64,000 bases of DNA from Deltaproteobacteria bacterium (GTDB lineage Bacteria > DRYD01): NCBI GenBank assembly GCA_028276365.1, contig JAPYWL010000002.1:28170-92169 (forward strand), written 5' to 3'. The notes under the pieces were generated by a model, which saw nothing but the letters and a program-made list of their open reading frames with translations, was not told the DNA's origin and did not search any database. Each line of letters starts with the position of its first letter. Position 1 is the first letter of the stretch. Shown piece by piece: positions 50,411 through 60,071 of the stretch. The position numbers and the translations under genes were made by a program.

Positions 50411-50710
50411 TTATTTAACTATTTCAAGTATTCTAACTCCAAAATTCTCATTAACAGCAATAACTTCACCCTTTGCTATGACTTTACCATTAACTAAAAT
50501 ATCTACAGGTTCTCCAGCTAGTTTATCTAACTCAATAACAGATCCTACAGTTAATTTAAGAATATCTTTAACCAACATTTTAGCCCTACCAATCTCAACA
50601 GTAATAGTTAAAGGTACATCCTGAAGTATATCTAAATTGGATTCGTCACTAGAAACAGTAGTCTTCTCTAATTGAGGTAAATTGAATTTAGATATATTTT
50701 CTTTATCCAT
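50411..50710 (-). CDS. fliN: flagellar motor switch protein FliN
   Basis: C-terminal SpoA/FliN domain ...VGSVIELDKLAGEPVDILVNGKVIAKGEVIAVNENFGVRILEIV. Confidence 0.85.
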   Translation of the reverse strand: MDKENISKFNLPQLEKTTVSSDESNLDILQDVPLTITVEIGRAKMLVKDILKLTVGSVIELDKLAGEPVDILVNGKVIAKGEVIAVNENFGVRILEIVK

Positions 50711-50733
50711 TAAATTCCCCCCTTTAATATATT

Positions 50734-51735
50734 TTATTGATATTCTTCAGATTCTTCATCAGTTAAGACCTTTGTTATTTTAATCCCAATTTTGTTACCT
50801 ACTATTCCTAAGGTACCTAAAAATTTAGTTTTACCCTCTATTTTTACCATAATAGGATCAGTTAATTTATTATCAAGAGTTATAATATCTCCAGGTTCTA
50901 TATGAAGCAGATCTTGAAATAACACCTCAGTTTTACCTAATATAGCTATAACATCTACTTTACTTAGACTTATATTTTTTTCACTTAATATTTTTTCTTT
51001 ATCTTTAAGTATTTTATTTAATATATCTGGATTAATAGTAGTAGTTATAGCAGCTTTTTGCTCAGGAATAATCTCTCTTAAATAATTAAAAGGGAAAATA
51101 ATGGTTTGTAAAGATTCTAAAGATTCTATTCTAATAATAGTATTAATCCTAGCAATATAAGAAGTATAAGGAATAGCTAAAGCACTAGCAGGTTCAGTAG
51201 AGATTTTCTCCAATTTAAGATAAGTCTTCTTATCAGGTTTATCTAAAGTACTTAAAATAGAATTAAATTCATTGATCATTTCTTCAACTATAAATTGTTG
51301 TAATAATTTACTTTCTAATTTAGTTAATTCTCTTATATAAGTAGGAGCTTCCCCTTTACTACCCAATAACAAATTCAATAAAATAAAAATAATATAAGGA
51401 TCAATAACTATTAAAGCTTTAGGAGTTGAAATAATAGTACCTTCTATATCGATTCTTATTATTATACTAGGATTGGGTAAAAAATCAATAAACTCTGAAA
51501 ACTGTAAAACCTCTATAGTAGATAAATCTATTATTATTTTTTTTTGAATAATATCAGAAAGTTTTATAGATATTTTTTCTACATAATTCCTAAAGAAATT
51601 TAGTAAAAATTTATGCTCAAAGGATGTAAACTGAGGTTTAGTTAAAGAAAAATCTTTGCTCGGAATATTACTAATTCTATCTTCACTTGACTTTGATTTA
51701 ATTATATACTTTTCAAAAGGATTACCACTTACCAT
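50734..51735 (-). CDS. fliM: flagellar motor switch protein FliM (lacks recognisable N-terminal LSQxEIDALL CheY-P-binding motif)
   Basis: Middle domain ...LLGSKGEAPTYIRELTKLE... and C-terminal FliN-like ...IEPGDIITLD.... Confidence 0.7.
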   Translation of the reverse strand: MVSGNPFEKYIIKSKSSEDRISNIPSKDFSLTKPQFTSFEHKFLLNFFRNYVEKISIKLSDIIQKKIIIDLSTIEVLQFSEFIDFLPNPSIIIRIDIEGTIISTPKALIVIDPYIIFILLNLLLGSKGEAPTYIRELTKLESKLLQQFIVEEMINEFNSILSTLDKPDKKTYLKLEKISTEPASALAIPYTSYIARINTIIRIESLESLQTIIFPFNYLREIIPEQKAAITTTINPDILNKILKDKEKILSEKNISLSKVDVIAILGKTEVLFQDLLHIEPGDIITLDNKLTDPIMVKIEGKTKFLGTLGIVGNKIGIKITKVLTDEESEEYQ

Positions 51736-51822
51736 ATCTACTTCTTTAATTCTATATTAAAACAAGCCTACCTTTTAATAAAATCAATATTTAACTAATT
51801 TTATTGAATAGCATAGGTTATT

Positions 51823-53481
51823 TTAGTTAATTGTCTTATTGAATTTATTAGTTTTTAAAAAATTTATAAAGAAAGAAAATAATTTATTGGGTTTAAAAAT
51901 CCGAGAATTAAATTCCGGATGAAATTGAACCCCTAAATAAAATGGATGATGAACATATTCCATAATTTCAACAACATTAAGCTCTTCATTTATTCCACTA
52001 ACTATAAACCCCTTCTCTTTCAGTAAATCAAGATACTCATTATTAATTTCATATCTATGTCTATGCCTTTCAATTATATATTCCTGTTGATATACCTTAA
52101 AAGCTAAAGTATTATCAATTACTTTACATTTATAGTTTCCAAGTCTCATTGTTCCACCAACTAATTTAACATACTTTTGATCTTCCATTAACTTAACCAC
52201 AAAAGCAAAATCTTCATTATTAACAGCTTTATTAACAGCTTTGTCTAAAACAAACTCTTGAGAAGTAGCATTAGCAATCTTTAAAACATTTCGACAAAAC
52301 TCTATTACCATAAGCTGTAATCCAAAACATATACCCAATGTAGGAATCCCATTCTCCCTTAGGTATTTCAATATATTTATTTTTCCTTTTATACCTCTTA
52401 TTCCAAATCCCCCAGCTATTATAACTCCATCTATATAATTCAGTTCTTTTTTTATAACTTTTTTTTCATGCTTTAAAGAATCTATTAATTTTATATTGAT
52501 TTTAATAAAGTTTTCAATAGAAGAATGTTTTAAAGCCTCAATTAAGCTTTTATATGAATCTTTTAATGTGGTATATTTCCCCACAATTGCTATATTAACT
52601 ACATTAGGTTGCTTCTCTATCTTTTTTATAATTATATTTAAATCACTCCATTTACTTTGCTTTATCGTATTGTTTTTTTTATTATCAATTAATAATTTAG
52701 TAATCCCTTGATTTAATAGGAGCAAAGGTATTTGATAAATATCTGATAAATAAGGAATATTTAAAACATACTTAGGTAATAAATTAGAAAATAGTGCAAT
52801 TTTATTTCTAATTTCTTGAGTGATAGGGACCTCAGATCTAACTATAATTAAATTAGGTTGAATACCTGACTCTTGAAGTTTTTTAATAGAATGTTGGGAA
52901 GGTTTTGTTTTTAACTCCTCAGTATTTTCCAAAAAAGGTACATAAGTTACATGAATAAACTTAACTTTAGTTTTAAATTCTATAGCCATTTGTCTAATAG
53001 CTTCTAAAAAAGGTAACCCTTCTATATCTCCTACCGTACCCCCCACTTCAACCAATGTAAAATCAAAATTCTGAGATAAATCTAATATCTTTTCCTTTAT
53101 TTCATTAGTTAAATGTGGTACAACTTGTATAGTTTTACCTAAAAATACTCCTTCCCTTTCTTTATTTATTAAATCTCTGTATATTCTACCAGCTGTTATA
53201 TTATTATTCTTACTGAAATAGATATTAGTAAATCTCTCATAATGTCCAATATCTAAGTCAGTTTCTCCACCATCAAAAGTTATAAATACTTCTCCATGTT
53301 CATAAGGATTCATTGTTCCCGCATCCACATTTAAATAAGGATCTAACTTAATTATATTAACTTTATAATTAAGTTCTTCGATTAAAGAAGCTAAGGAAGC
53401 AGTTATTACTCCTTTACCTAAGGAAGATAAAACTCCACCAGTTATAAATATAAAGTTATTTCTTAACTTACCCATATTCAA
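51823..53481 (-). CDS. pyrG: CTP synthase
   Basis: FITGGVLSSLGKG..., ...DGGETDLDIGHYERF..., GATase ...GICFGLQ... motifs. Confidence 0.9.
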   Translation of the reverse strand: MNMGKLRNNFIFITGGVLSSLGKGVITASLASLIEELNYKVNIIKLDPYLNVDAGTMNPYEHGEVFITFDGGETDLDIGHYERFTNIYFSKNNNITAGRIYRDLINKEREGVFLGKTIQVVPHLTNEIKEKILDLSQNFDFTLVEVGGTVGDIEGLPFLEAIRQMAIEFKTKVKFIHVTYVPFLENTEELKTKPSQHSIKKLQESGIQPNLIIVRSEVPITQEIRNKIALFSNLLPKYVLNIPYLSDIYQIPLLLLNQGITKLLIDNKKNNTIKQSKWSDLNIIIKKIEKQPNVVNIAIVGKYTTLKDSYKSLIEALKHSSIENFIKINIKLIDSLKHEKKVIKKELNYIDGVIIAGGFGIRGIKGKINILKYLRENGIPTLGICFGLQLMVIEFCRNVLKIANATSQEFVLDKAVNKAVNNEDFAFVVKLMEDQKYVKLVGGTMRLGNYKCKVIDNTLAFKVYQQEYIIERHRHRYEINNEYLDLLKEKGFIVSGINEELNVVEIMEYVHHPFYLGVQFHPEFNSRIFKPNKLFSFFINFLKTNKFNKTIN

Positions 53482-53609
53482 AAATTTTCAATTACTTTAA
53501 TTATAGCATTCAAAAATAATTTTATTCATTATTATTATTCCTAAAATTCTATCTACATTCAAAATATTTAAAGTATAAAATTCAAACAATTTTTCTCTTT
53601 TATTTTATT

Positions 53610-54539
53610 TTAAAATTTAACTTGAATAATTTTAATCCCACCTATATTTTTATCATTTTTATAAAGTATATATAATTTATCACTCCATCTAAAAATGTTC
53701 ATTATTTTAAATTTACTTTTTTCAAAGAATATGTTTATCTTTTCTAAAATTTTATCTTTATTTACAACATAAATTTCATCGTTTGATACTAAGTAAATTA
53801 AATCCTTCTCATCTATGTATATCTTATGTAATTTAGTTACATCAATTGAATAATTATTATAACTAATAAAATTAGCATTATTATCAAAAACTTGGATTCT
53901 ATTATTATTTTTATCTAAAACATAAATAAAGCCTTTACTATCTACAGAAACGTCTATAGGTTCATCAAATTGAGAAGGTTCTTTCCCATATTTACCAAAT
54001 AACATTAAAAAATTACCATCTAAATCATACTTAGCTATCCTATTATTTTTAGTATCAGCAATGTAAATAAATCCTATCTTATCAAGGCCAATCCCTAAAG
54101 GATTAGCAAAATTAGTTTCCTGATTCCCAAATTTCCCTACCTCCCAAATAACCTTCCCATTAGAATCCATCTTAACAAGCTTAGAAAGGTAAGAATCTAA
54201 CACATAAATAAAATTATTTTTATCTACTTCAATATCACAAGGCTCTCTAAATTGACCCCTATCATTACCATATTTACCTATTGAATCGATATATTTCAAG
54301 TTATATTCATCTACAGCGTATTTCTTTATTTCTCCTTTTAAATCCGTTATATATGCTATTTTTAGTAAACTATCATAAGCCAAAGAAGTAGGATTAAGAT
54401 CATTAAATTCGGTATAAGCATTCTTAGGTAAATCTATAGGAATTACACCCCTAAAAATAACTACATATATATATACCCCACCAATTAATATCAATAAAAA
54501 AATAATAATCATCAATAACCAATAAAATCTGCTTATCAT
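53610..54539 (-). CDS. membrane-anchored NHL-repeat protein
   Basis: N-terminal TM; repeated ...GQFREPCDIEVD..., ...FANPLGIGLD..., ...SQFDEPIDVSVD... NHL blades. Confidence 0.65.
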   Translation of the reverse strand: MISRFYWLLMIIIFLLILIGGVYIYVVIFRGVIPIDLPKNAYTEFNDLNPTSLAYDSLLKIAYITDLKGEIKKYAVDEYNLKYIDSIGKYGNDRGQFREPCDIEVDKNNFIYVLDSYLSKLVKMDSNGKVIWEVGKFGNQETNFANPLGIGLDKIGFIYIADTKNNRIAKYDLDGNFLMLFGKYGKEPSQFDEPIDVSVDSKGFIYVLDKNNNRIQVFDNNANFISYNNYSIDVTKLHKIYIDEKDLIYLVSNDEIYVVNKDKILEKINIFFEKSKFKIMNIFRWSDKLYILYKNDKNIGGIKIIQVKF

Positions 54540-54777
54540 ATTTTAATTATTCTATAAAAAATTTAATCCCCATTTTTTATTTAGGTTTAGGTTTATTCAA
54601 GTTTAAAAAATAGCAATTTTCATTATCAAAATTCATAATCAAATAAATTATCATATTAAAAATTAACTTTTTTTTTACAAATAAGTTATACTTTTTATTT
54701 AAAATTAATTTATTATATAATATCAAAAACTAAAATAGAAAAAAATAAAAAATACAAATCTAAGGGGGTGCTAAAAA

Positions 54778-55335
54778 ATGAACACAGGAATAAAAGGAAA
54801 TAATATAAACATCCAAGCAGGTAATATAGTTATAAAAAATAATACAGTCGGTATAAAAGGGAAAACTACTAAAATAGAAGGCGGGAAATTAGAAATAGAA
54901 TTAAATAAAACAGGAGTAGATAGTGTTAATTTATCAACTAATTTAGCAGAAATACAAATAAAATCAAATGAAAAAGGAGTTAAAGGAAGTAATTTAGGAC
55001 TAAAAGCTGAAGAACTTATTAATATATCAAATAATCAAAAAGGAGTAGAAGGAAAAAATGTAGGAGTTAAGACTTCAGGAGTTGTAATTTTAAGTGGTAA
55101 TGGAAATGGAGTTAGTGGAGAAAATGTAGCTTCACTAAAAGGACAAAGCGTTGTAATAACATCTAACAAAGTAGGAGCAGAAGGAGAAAATATGTATGTT
55201 AAAGGTTCTAAAGTAGTAGTTTCAAATAATACAGTAGGAGCTCAAGGCAATTCTATTAACGTTAAAGCAGATGAACTTATAGTAGTTGATAACGTATTAG
55301 GTTTCAAACAAAAACAAATAAAAAAAACAGCATAA
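54778..55335 (+). CDS. tandem-repeat protein with eight 21-22-aa repeats (consensus G[VI]xGxN[IV]x[VI]K...), beta-solenoid/bactofilin-like
   Basis: Strong RBS AAGGGGGTG; repeats GIKGNNINIQAGNIVIKNNTV / GVKGSNLGLKAEELINISNNQK / GVEGKNVGVKTSGVVILSGNGN etc. Confidence 0.6.
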   Translation: MNTGIKGNNINIQAGNIVIKNNTVGIKGKTTKIEGGKLEIELNKTGVDSVNLSTNLAEIQIKSNEKGVKGSNLGLKAEELINISNNQKGVEGKNVGVKTSGVVILSGNGNGVSGENVASLKGQSVVITSNKVGAEGENMYVKGSKVVVSNNTVGAQGNSINVKADELIVVDNVLGFKQKQIKKTA

Positions 55336-55402
55336 AAAATATATAAAAACTTAAGGAGTTTATCTAAAAATTAAGAATTAAAAAAATAGGGAGGATTTTT
55401 AA

Positions 55403-55804
55403 ATGAATAACTTAAACAACATAAATAAATTAAATAATATCAATAATATCCCTAAAAAAGATGCTCAAAAATTAGAGCAAACTGGAATCAAAGGGGAAAA
55501 TATAAACATAAAAGCAGATAACGTATATATAATTAACAATACAAATAATTTTAATAAACCTATTTATAATAATTTTAATTATCCAGTTTCCAATTACAAC
55601 AACTTTAATTATCCTCCCTATTATCATAATTTTATTAATTTCTATAATTTATTTAGCATAGGTTCATACAATTCAATGTTTTTATATAATCCAATATTTT
55701 TTAATTACTTTTATACTACTTCATTATTTAATCCTTATTTTTATTGTAATTTATTACCTAGTTATATATACTTAAGTTTATTCAATTTACTTAGATATTT
55801 TTAA
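55403..55804 (+). CDS. small protein: one copy of the upstream 21-aa repeat followed by an Asn/Tyr/Phe/Pro-rich low-complexity tail
   Basis: RBS AGGGAGGA; ...TGIKGENINIKADNVYIINNT... then NNFNYPVSNYNNFNYPPYYHNF...; coding status plausible but low-complexity. Confidence 0.45.
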   Translation: MNNLNNINKLNNINNIPKKDAQKLEQTGIKGENINIKADNVYIINNTNNFNKPIYNNFNYPVSNYNNFNYPPYYHNFINFYNLFSIGSYNSMFLYNPIFFNYFYTTSLFNPYFYCNLLPSYIYLSLFNLLRYF

Positions 55805-55828
55805 AATAAAAAATGGGGGGCGAATTTT

Positions 55829-56350
55829 ATGGATATAAATAATATAAAAAATACTAACCTACAAACTAATCTAACTATCCAAAATAGTTCAGTTAATCAG
55901 GTAAATTCACAAGCAAATCAAAATACATCAACTAATATTCAAAGTAATCCTACTGTTAATGTCCAAGACAATTTTAATCTAAATAATACAAATAAACCAG
56001 AAATTATTAATACATCTTTAAATCTTCAAGAAATAAGTAATCAAGTATCACAATTAAGTTCAATGATAGGTAATCCATTTACACAAAACCCATTTTATCA
56101 AAATCCTATGATGCATAATAATCCATATTTAATAAATACGGCTAATTACGATCCCAATATTACTAATGTAAATTCTGTTAACAATAGTGGTAATTTGTGG
56201 AAATACTTATTAGCAGGAGGATTAGGTTTCTTAACAGGTGCAGCTTTATCCTCCTTAATGTTTTATTCTTATCCCCTTTATTATCCAATGTATTATTCAT
56301 ACTATTATAGTCCATATTGGTATAATTTTTATCCCTATATGTGGTGGTAA
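55829..56350 (+). CDS. small protein with Gln/Asn-rich N-terminal region, one predicted TM helix, and Tyr/Pro/Trp-rich C-terminal tail
   Basis: RBS GGGGGG; ...WKYLLAGGLGFLTGAALSSLMFY (TM) then SYPLYYPMYYSYYYSPYWYNFYPYMWW. Confidence 0.5.
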   Translation: MDINNIKNTNLQTNLTIQNSSVNQVNSQANQNTSTNIQSNPTVNVQDNFNLNNTNKPEIINTSLNLQEISNQVSQLSSMIGNPFTQNPFYQNPMMHNNPYLINTANYDPNITNVNSVNNSGNLWKYLLAGGLGFLTGAALSSLMFYSYPLYYPMYYSYYYSPYWYNFYPYMWW

Positions 56351-56404
56351 TTAAAAATTTAAAAAATAATTAATTAATAATTAATTAAAAAGGAGTTTAA
56401 TTTT

Positions 56405-57367
56405 ATGGAAGAATTACTAAATAAATATTTAAACAAAATTGTAGATAAAATAAAAATAAAGGAAGTATTAGTAAGAGAATTAGGTCCAAGAGAAGGCTTC
56501 CAAATGGAAAAGCAATTTGTAGATACTTCAATAAAAATAGATTTTATCAATAAATTATCAGATACGGGATTAAAATATATAGAAGTTACGTCATTTGTTA
56601 ATCCTAAATGGGTTCCTAATTTAGCTGATGCTGAAGAAGTTTTAAAAAATATAAATAAAAAAGAAGGAGTTATATATGGAGCTTTAGTTCTTAATTCTAA
56701 AGGAGTCGATAGAGCTATTAATTTAGTTAAATATCTAAATACTACTATATTTGCTGATGAAAATATAAATTTAAAAAATAACAATAAAACTATAAAAGAA
56801 TCTTTAAAAGAAGCGGAAGATATTATAAAAAAGTGTCAAGATAATAATATAGTATTAGAAGGTGGGATTTCTGCTGTTTGGGGATCCCCTTTAAATCAAG
56901 AAATACCTCTAAATAATATTTTAATGATATTAGACTTTTGGGTTAAAAATGGAATAAAGAACATAATGTTAGCTGATACAACAGGTGAAGCAAATTATAT
57001 AACTACTAAAGCAGTTTTAGCTATCTTAAAAGATAAATATCCACAAACCAACTTTATTATGCATTTCCATGATTCAAGAGGATTAGGACTAATTAATGTA
57101 CTAGCTTCTTTAGAAGAAGGAGTTAATGTTTTTGATAGTTCAGTAGCAGGATTAGGTGGATGCCCATTTGCACCTAATAGTGTAGGTAATATCTGTACAG
57201 AAGACCTTGTTTATTTATTAAATACATTAAATATAAAAACTAACATCAATTTAGAAAAACTAATCTCTTGTGCCTTATATATAGAAAATATTTTAAATAA
57301 AAAACTACCAGGTAGAATTAAAGATCTTTATAAAAATCTTGAAAATTTTAATCTCCTTAAATTATAA
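56405..57367 (+). CDS. hydroxymethylglutaryl-CoA lyase
   Basis: VRELGPREGFQ, VTSFVNPKWVPNLAD, DSSVAGLGGCPFA, GNICTEDLVYLLN match HMGL family end to end. Confidence 0.8.
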   Translation: MEELLNKYLNKIVDKIKIKEVLVRELGPREGFQMEKQFVDTSIKIDFINKLSDTGLKYIEVTSFVNPKWVPNLADAEEVLKNINKKEGVIYGALVLNSKGVDRAINLVKYLNTTIFADENINLKNNNKTIKESLKEAEDIIKKCQDNNIVLEGGISAVWGSPLNQEIPLNNILMILDFWVKNGIKNIMLADTTGEANYITTKAVLAILKDKYPQTNFIMHFHDSRGLGLINVLASLEEGVNVFDSSVAGLGGCPFAPNSVGNICTEDLVYLLNTLNIKTNINLEKLISCALYIENILNKKLPGRIKDLYKNLENFNLLKL

Positions 57368-58052
57368 AATAATGAATAATAAAATAATGAATATTTTTGA
57401 TAAATATGCCAGAAATTATGACTTATGGTATGAAGAACCATTTGGAAAATCAGCTTTTAAACTTGAATTAGATTGTATAAATAAAATTTCAAATTATACT
57501 AATAAATCTATATTTTCCTATAAATCTTTAGAGCTAGGAGTAGGGAGTGCTAGATTTGCCCAAGATTTAAAAATTACCTATGGTATTGATACTTCAATAG
57601 AGCTACTAAAATTAGCTAAGAAAAGGAGAGTTTTAGGAATTCTTGGAAAAGCAGAAAATTTGCCTTTTAAAAATTCCTCATTTGACTTAGTACTTATAGT
57701 AGTTTCTATTTGTTTCTTTGAAAATCCAGAACTAGCTTTAAAACAAGTTTGGAGAATTTTAAAAGAAGATGGTAACTTAGTAATTGGGTTAATTTTATCA
57801 GAGAGTTTATGGGCTAAATTTTATAAAGAAAAAGCTAAAAAAGGACATCCTATCTATTCTAATGCTCGTTTTTATTCTTATAGTGAAATTAATTCAATGT
57901 TAATAAAAAATAATTTCAAAATTGAGAAAATATACTCAACTCTTTTTGAGAATCCACAAGATCAAAAACCTATAGAAAATCTAGCAATAAAAGAAGGCTT
58001 TTATAAAGAGGGCGGTTTTTTCTGTATAATCTCTAAAAAATCTCATAAATAA
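57339..58052 (+). CDS. class I SAM-dependent methyltransferase
   Basis: LELGVGSARFAQDL motif I, ...FDLVLIVVSICF... motif II-like; overlaps upstream gene by 29 bp. Confidence 0.6.
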   Translation: MKILISLNYKIMNNKIMNIFDKYARNYDLWYEEPFGKSAFKLELDCINKISNYTNKSIFSYKSLELGVGSARFAQDLKITYGIDTSIELLKLAKKRRVLGILGKAENLPFKNSSFDLVLIVVSICFFENPELALKQVWRILKEDGNLVIGLILSESLWAKFYKEKAKKGHPIYSNARFYSYSEINSMLIKNNFKIEKIYSTLFENPQDQKPIENLAIKEGFYKEGGFFCIISKKSHK

Positions 58053-59029
58053 AAAAAATAAAGATAATAATTCTTTGTAAATCTTATAAAAAATAAAGTC
58101 AAAAAAATAGCAATAAAAAATGATAATATTATCCAATTAAGTAAGAAAAAGAAAATAAAATTAGTCATAACTATTTTTATCAAAAATAAATTCAAAATAA
58201 CAAAAGGTAAATAAAAAATACTTAGCACTAATAAATCCCAAAATATATCTACAAATAAATTCTTAAAAAACATCAAAGTATTATTATCATTTAAATCATC
58301 AAAAATATATAAAACATTATAATAAAATTCCCCAATCTTATTAGTTTCTATTGCTTTTAAAATAATCACGGGAAACAAAAAATACCAAATTATCTGAATT
58401 ATAAAAAGTAAGCTAAAAACAATAATAAATAAATAATCTAATATCCCAAATTTTATAGTTTTAAATGTTATCAAATTTATAATCTTTAAATCATAAAATT
58501 TAGTAAATGTAAAAACAAAAAATAACATTAAAACAAGGAAAATATTAAAAACAAAGATCACATTTAAAGATAAAAAAATATAACTAAAGAATTCTTTAAA
58601 ATTAAAGGATTTAAAAAAATCATTTAACAAAATTTGTAATTTATTAGATTTATTTAAATTTAAATTTAAATCATTAATATCTTGTATTTTTTTTATTTCT
58701 TTAAATTTTTCTAAAAAATCCTGATAAATAGAATCTTCATCTTCAGTTATAGAAGGATTTATAAAATATTGAATAACTTCATTTATCTTAGGTAAGATAA
58801 ATCTAAAAAGATATATACTAAATGCTATTAACACAATTAAAACCAAAATATTTAAAATTGGAAAAAATAAAAGAATCAAAAAATAAATAAAAAATATAAT
58901 AGCAAAATTCGAATTAAATATAGCTATAATATCTTTAAAAGATATTTCAAAAAAAAACAAAATATCTAAAAACAAACTTTTAAAAGATAAAATCAAAAAA
59001 TTAAAAATTTCCTTGAATTTACTTATCAT
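58043..59029 (-). CDS. hypothetical polytopic membrane protein
   Basis: 328 aa, many F/I/L-rich hydrophobic segments. Confidence 0.45.
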   Translation of the reverse strand: MISKFKEIFNFLILSFKSLFLDILFFFEISFKDIIAIFNSNFAIIFFIYFLILLFFPILNILVLIVLIAFSIYLFRFILPKINEVIQYFINPSITEDEDSIYQDFLEKFKEIKKIQDINDLNLNLNKSNKLQILLNDFFKSFNFKEFFSYIFLSLNVIFVFNIFLVLMLFFVFTFTKFYDLKIINLITFKTIKFGILDYLFIIVFSLLFIIQIIWYFLFPVIILKAIETNKIGEFYYNVLYIFDDLNDNNTLMFFKNLFVDIFWDLLVLSIFYLPFVILNLFLIKIVMTNFIFFFLLNWIILSFFIAIFLTLFFIRFTKNYYLYFFYL

Positions 59030-59203
59030 ATAAAAATTATTTCTTTATATATATCATACCTCCTATTTAATAGTTTAGATTAACTAAATTAGTATTTTTT
59101 TAATATTTCTCAAAAGCATCACACTTCTTTAAATTTGTATCATTGTTTATTAAGATTTTTATAAAAGAATAATAAAATATGCCCCAATATGTAATAGCTA
59201 TAG

Positions 59204-59453
59204 ATGAAAGAGCTTAAAGAGTTAGGAGCAGGTGGGGAACTTGTATTAATAATTTTTTGATACAATTTCAAGCTGCTTTATTAAACAAGCTATTTTATTA
59301 AATATGAAAATAATAAGACCAAAAATAATAGAAACAACTGCCTTAGGGGCTGCATTAACCGCAGCTATATACACTAACTTCTGGTCTATTCAAGAATTTA
59401 CCTTTAGTAGAAAAATAGATAAAATATTCTATACTTTGAATCTTAATAAATAA
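59204..59453 (+). pseudogene. FGGY-family (glycerol kinase-like) C-terminal remnant spread over three frames
   Basis: MKELKELGAGGELVLIIF / QFQAALLNKLFY / MKIIRPKIIETTALGAALTAAIYTNFWSIQEF match GlpK C-terminus ...LMQFQSDILG...[23 protein letters not shown]...; N-terminal ~400 codons absent. Confidence 0.6.
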
Positions 59454-59487
59454 AATTATAAATTACTAAATTATAATAAATAAAGTA

Positions 59488-59769
59488 TTATAAAAAATTA
59501 AGTTTTATTTGATTTTTTATAGAATTTTGCTTATAGTCATTAGGGACTATTTTTTTCTTATTTAAGTTTTTTCCAATATTATTCTCTATTTTTTTTAAAA
59601 TAGTTAAAAGTGTAGTAGTTTTTAAAGATAATTCTAATACTTGTCCTACATATATATCCCTTGGTAATTTATTTTTAGGTAAATAACAGTAAGTTTTATC
59701 TTCAAACACTAGTTTTACATTTTCAGAATTTATCTCAGCAACAACAACTATATGATCTGCTCTTGACAT
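59488..59769 (-). CDS. hypothetical small protein (DUF3006-like)
   Basis: ...ADHIVVVAEINSENVKLVFEDKTYCYLPKNKLPRDIYVGQVLEL... resembles DUF3006 pattern. Confidence 0.4.
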   Translation of the reverse strand: MSRADHIVVVAEINSENVKLVFEDKTYCYLPKNKLPRDIYVGQVLELSLKTTTLLTILKKIENNIGKNLNKKKIVPNDYKQNSIKNQIKLNFL

Positions 59770-60071
59770 AAAATAACTTGAATTTAAATCTTTACCTAAG
59801 TATAGATTTTTAGATATCTTAATAAAGTCAATCTACCTGATTCCTCTTTAATAGTCTAGTTTTTCTTTTATAAACTTTTCAAAATCCAACACAAGTCCAA
59901 ATTCTACATACTTTAACAAGCTAATAACATATTTCGTCCCTATAAACATTTCTATAAACCTTATTAAAATCCTTTCCTTTATTTTCTTAAAATTGTAGAA
60001 ATTCTATATAAAAATTCATATTTATAGAAAAATTAATCTTTTAGAAAAACAAAACTTTTTGAAGCTTTTTG

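Noticed and set aside
52496-52711. 71-aa plus ORF inside pyrG
   Set aside because: Antisense shadow.
56374-56784. 136-aa minus ORF antisense to HMG-CoA lyase
   Set aside because: Sense gene matches HMGL end to end; antisense ORF is low-complexity.
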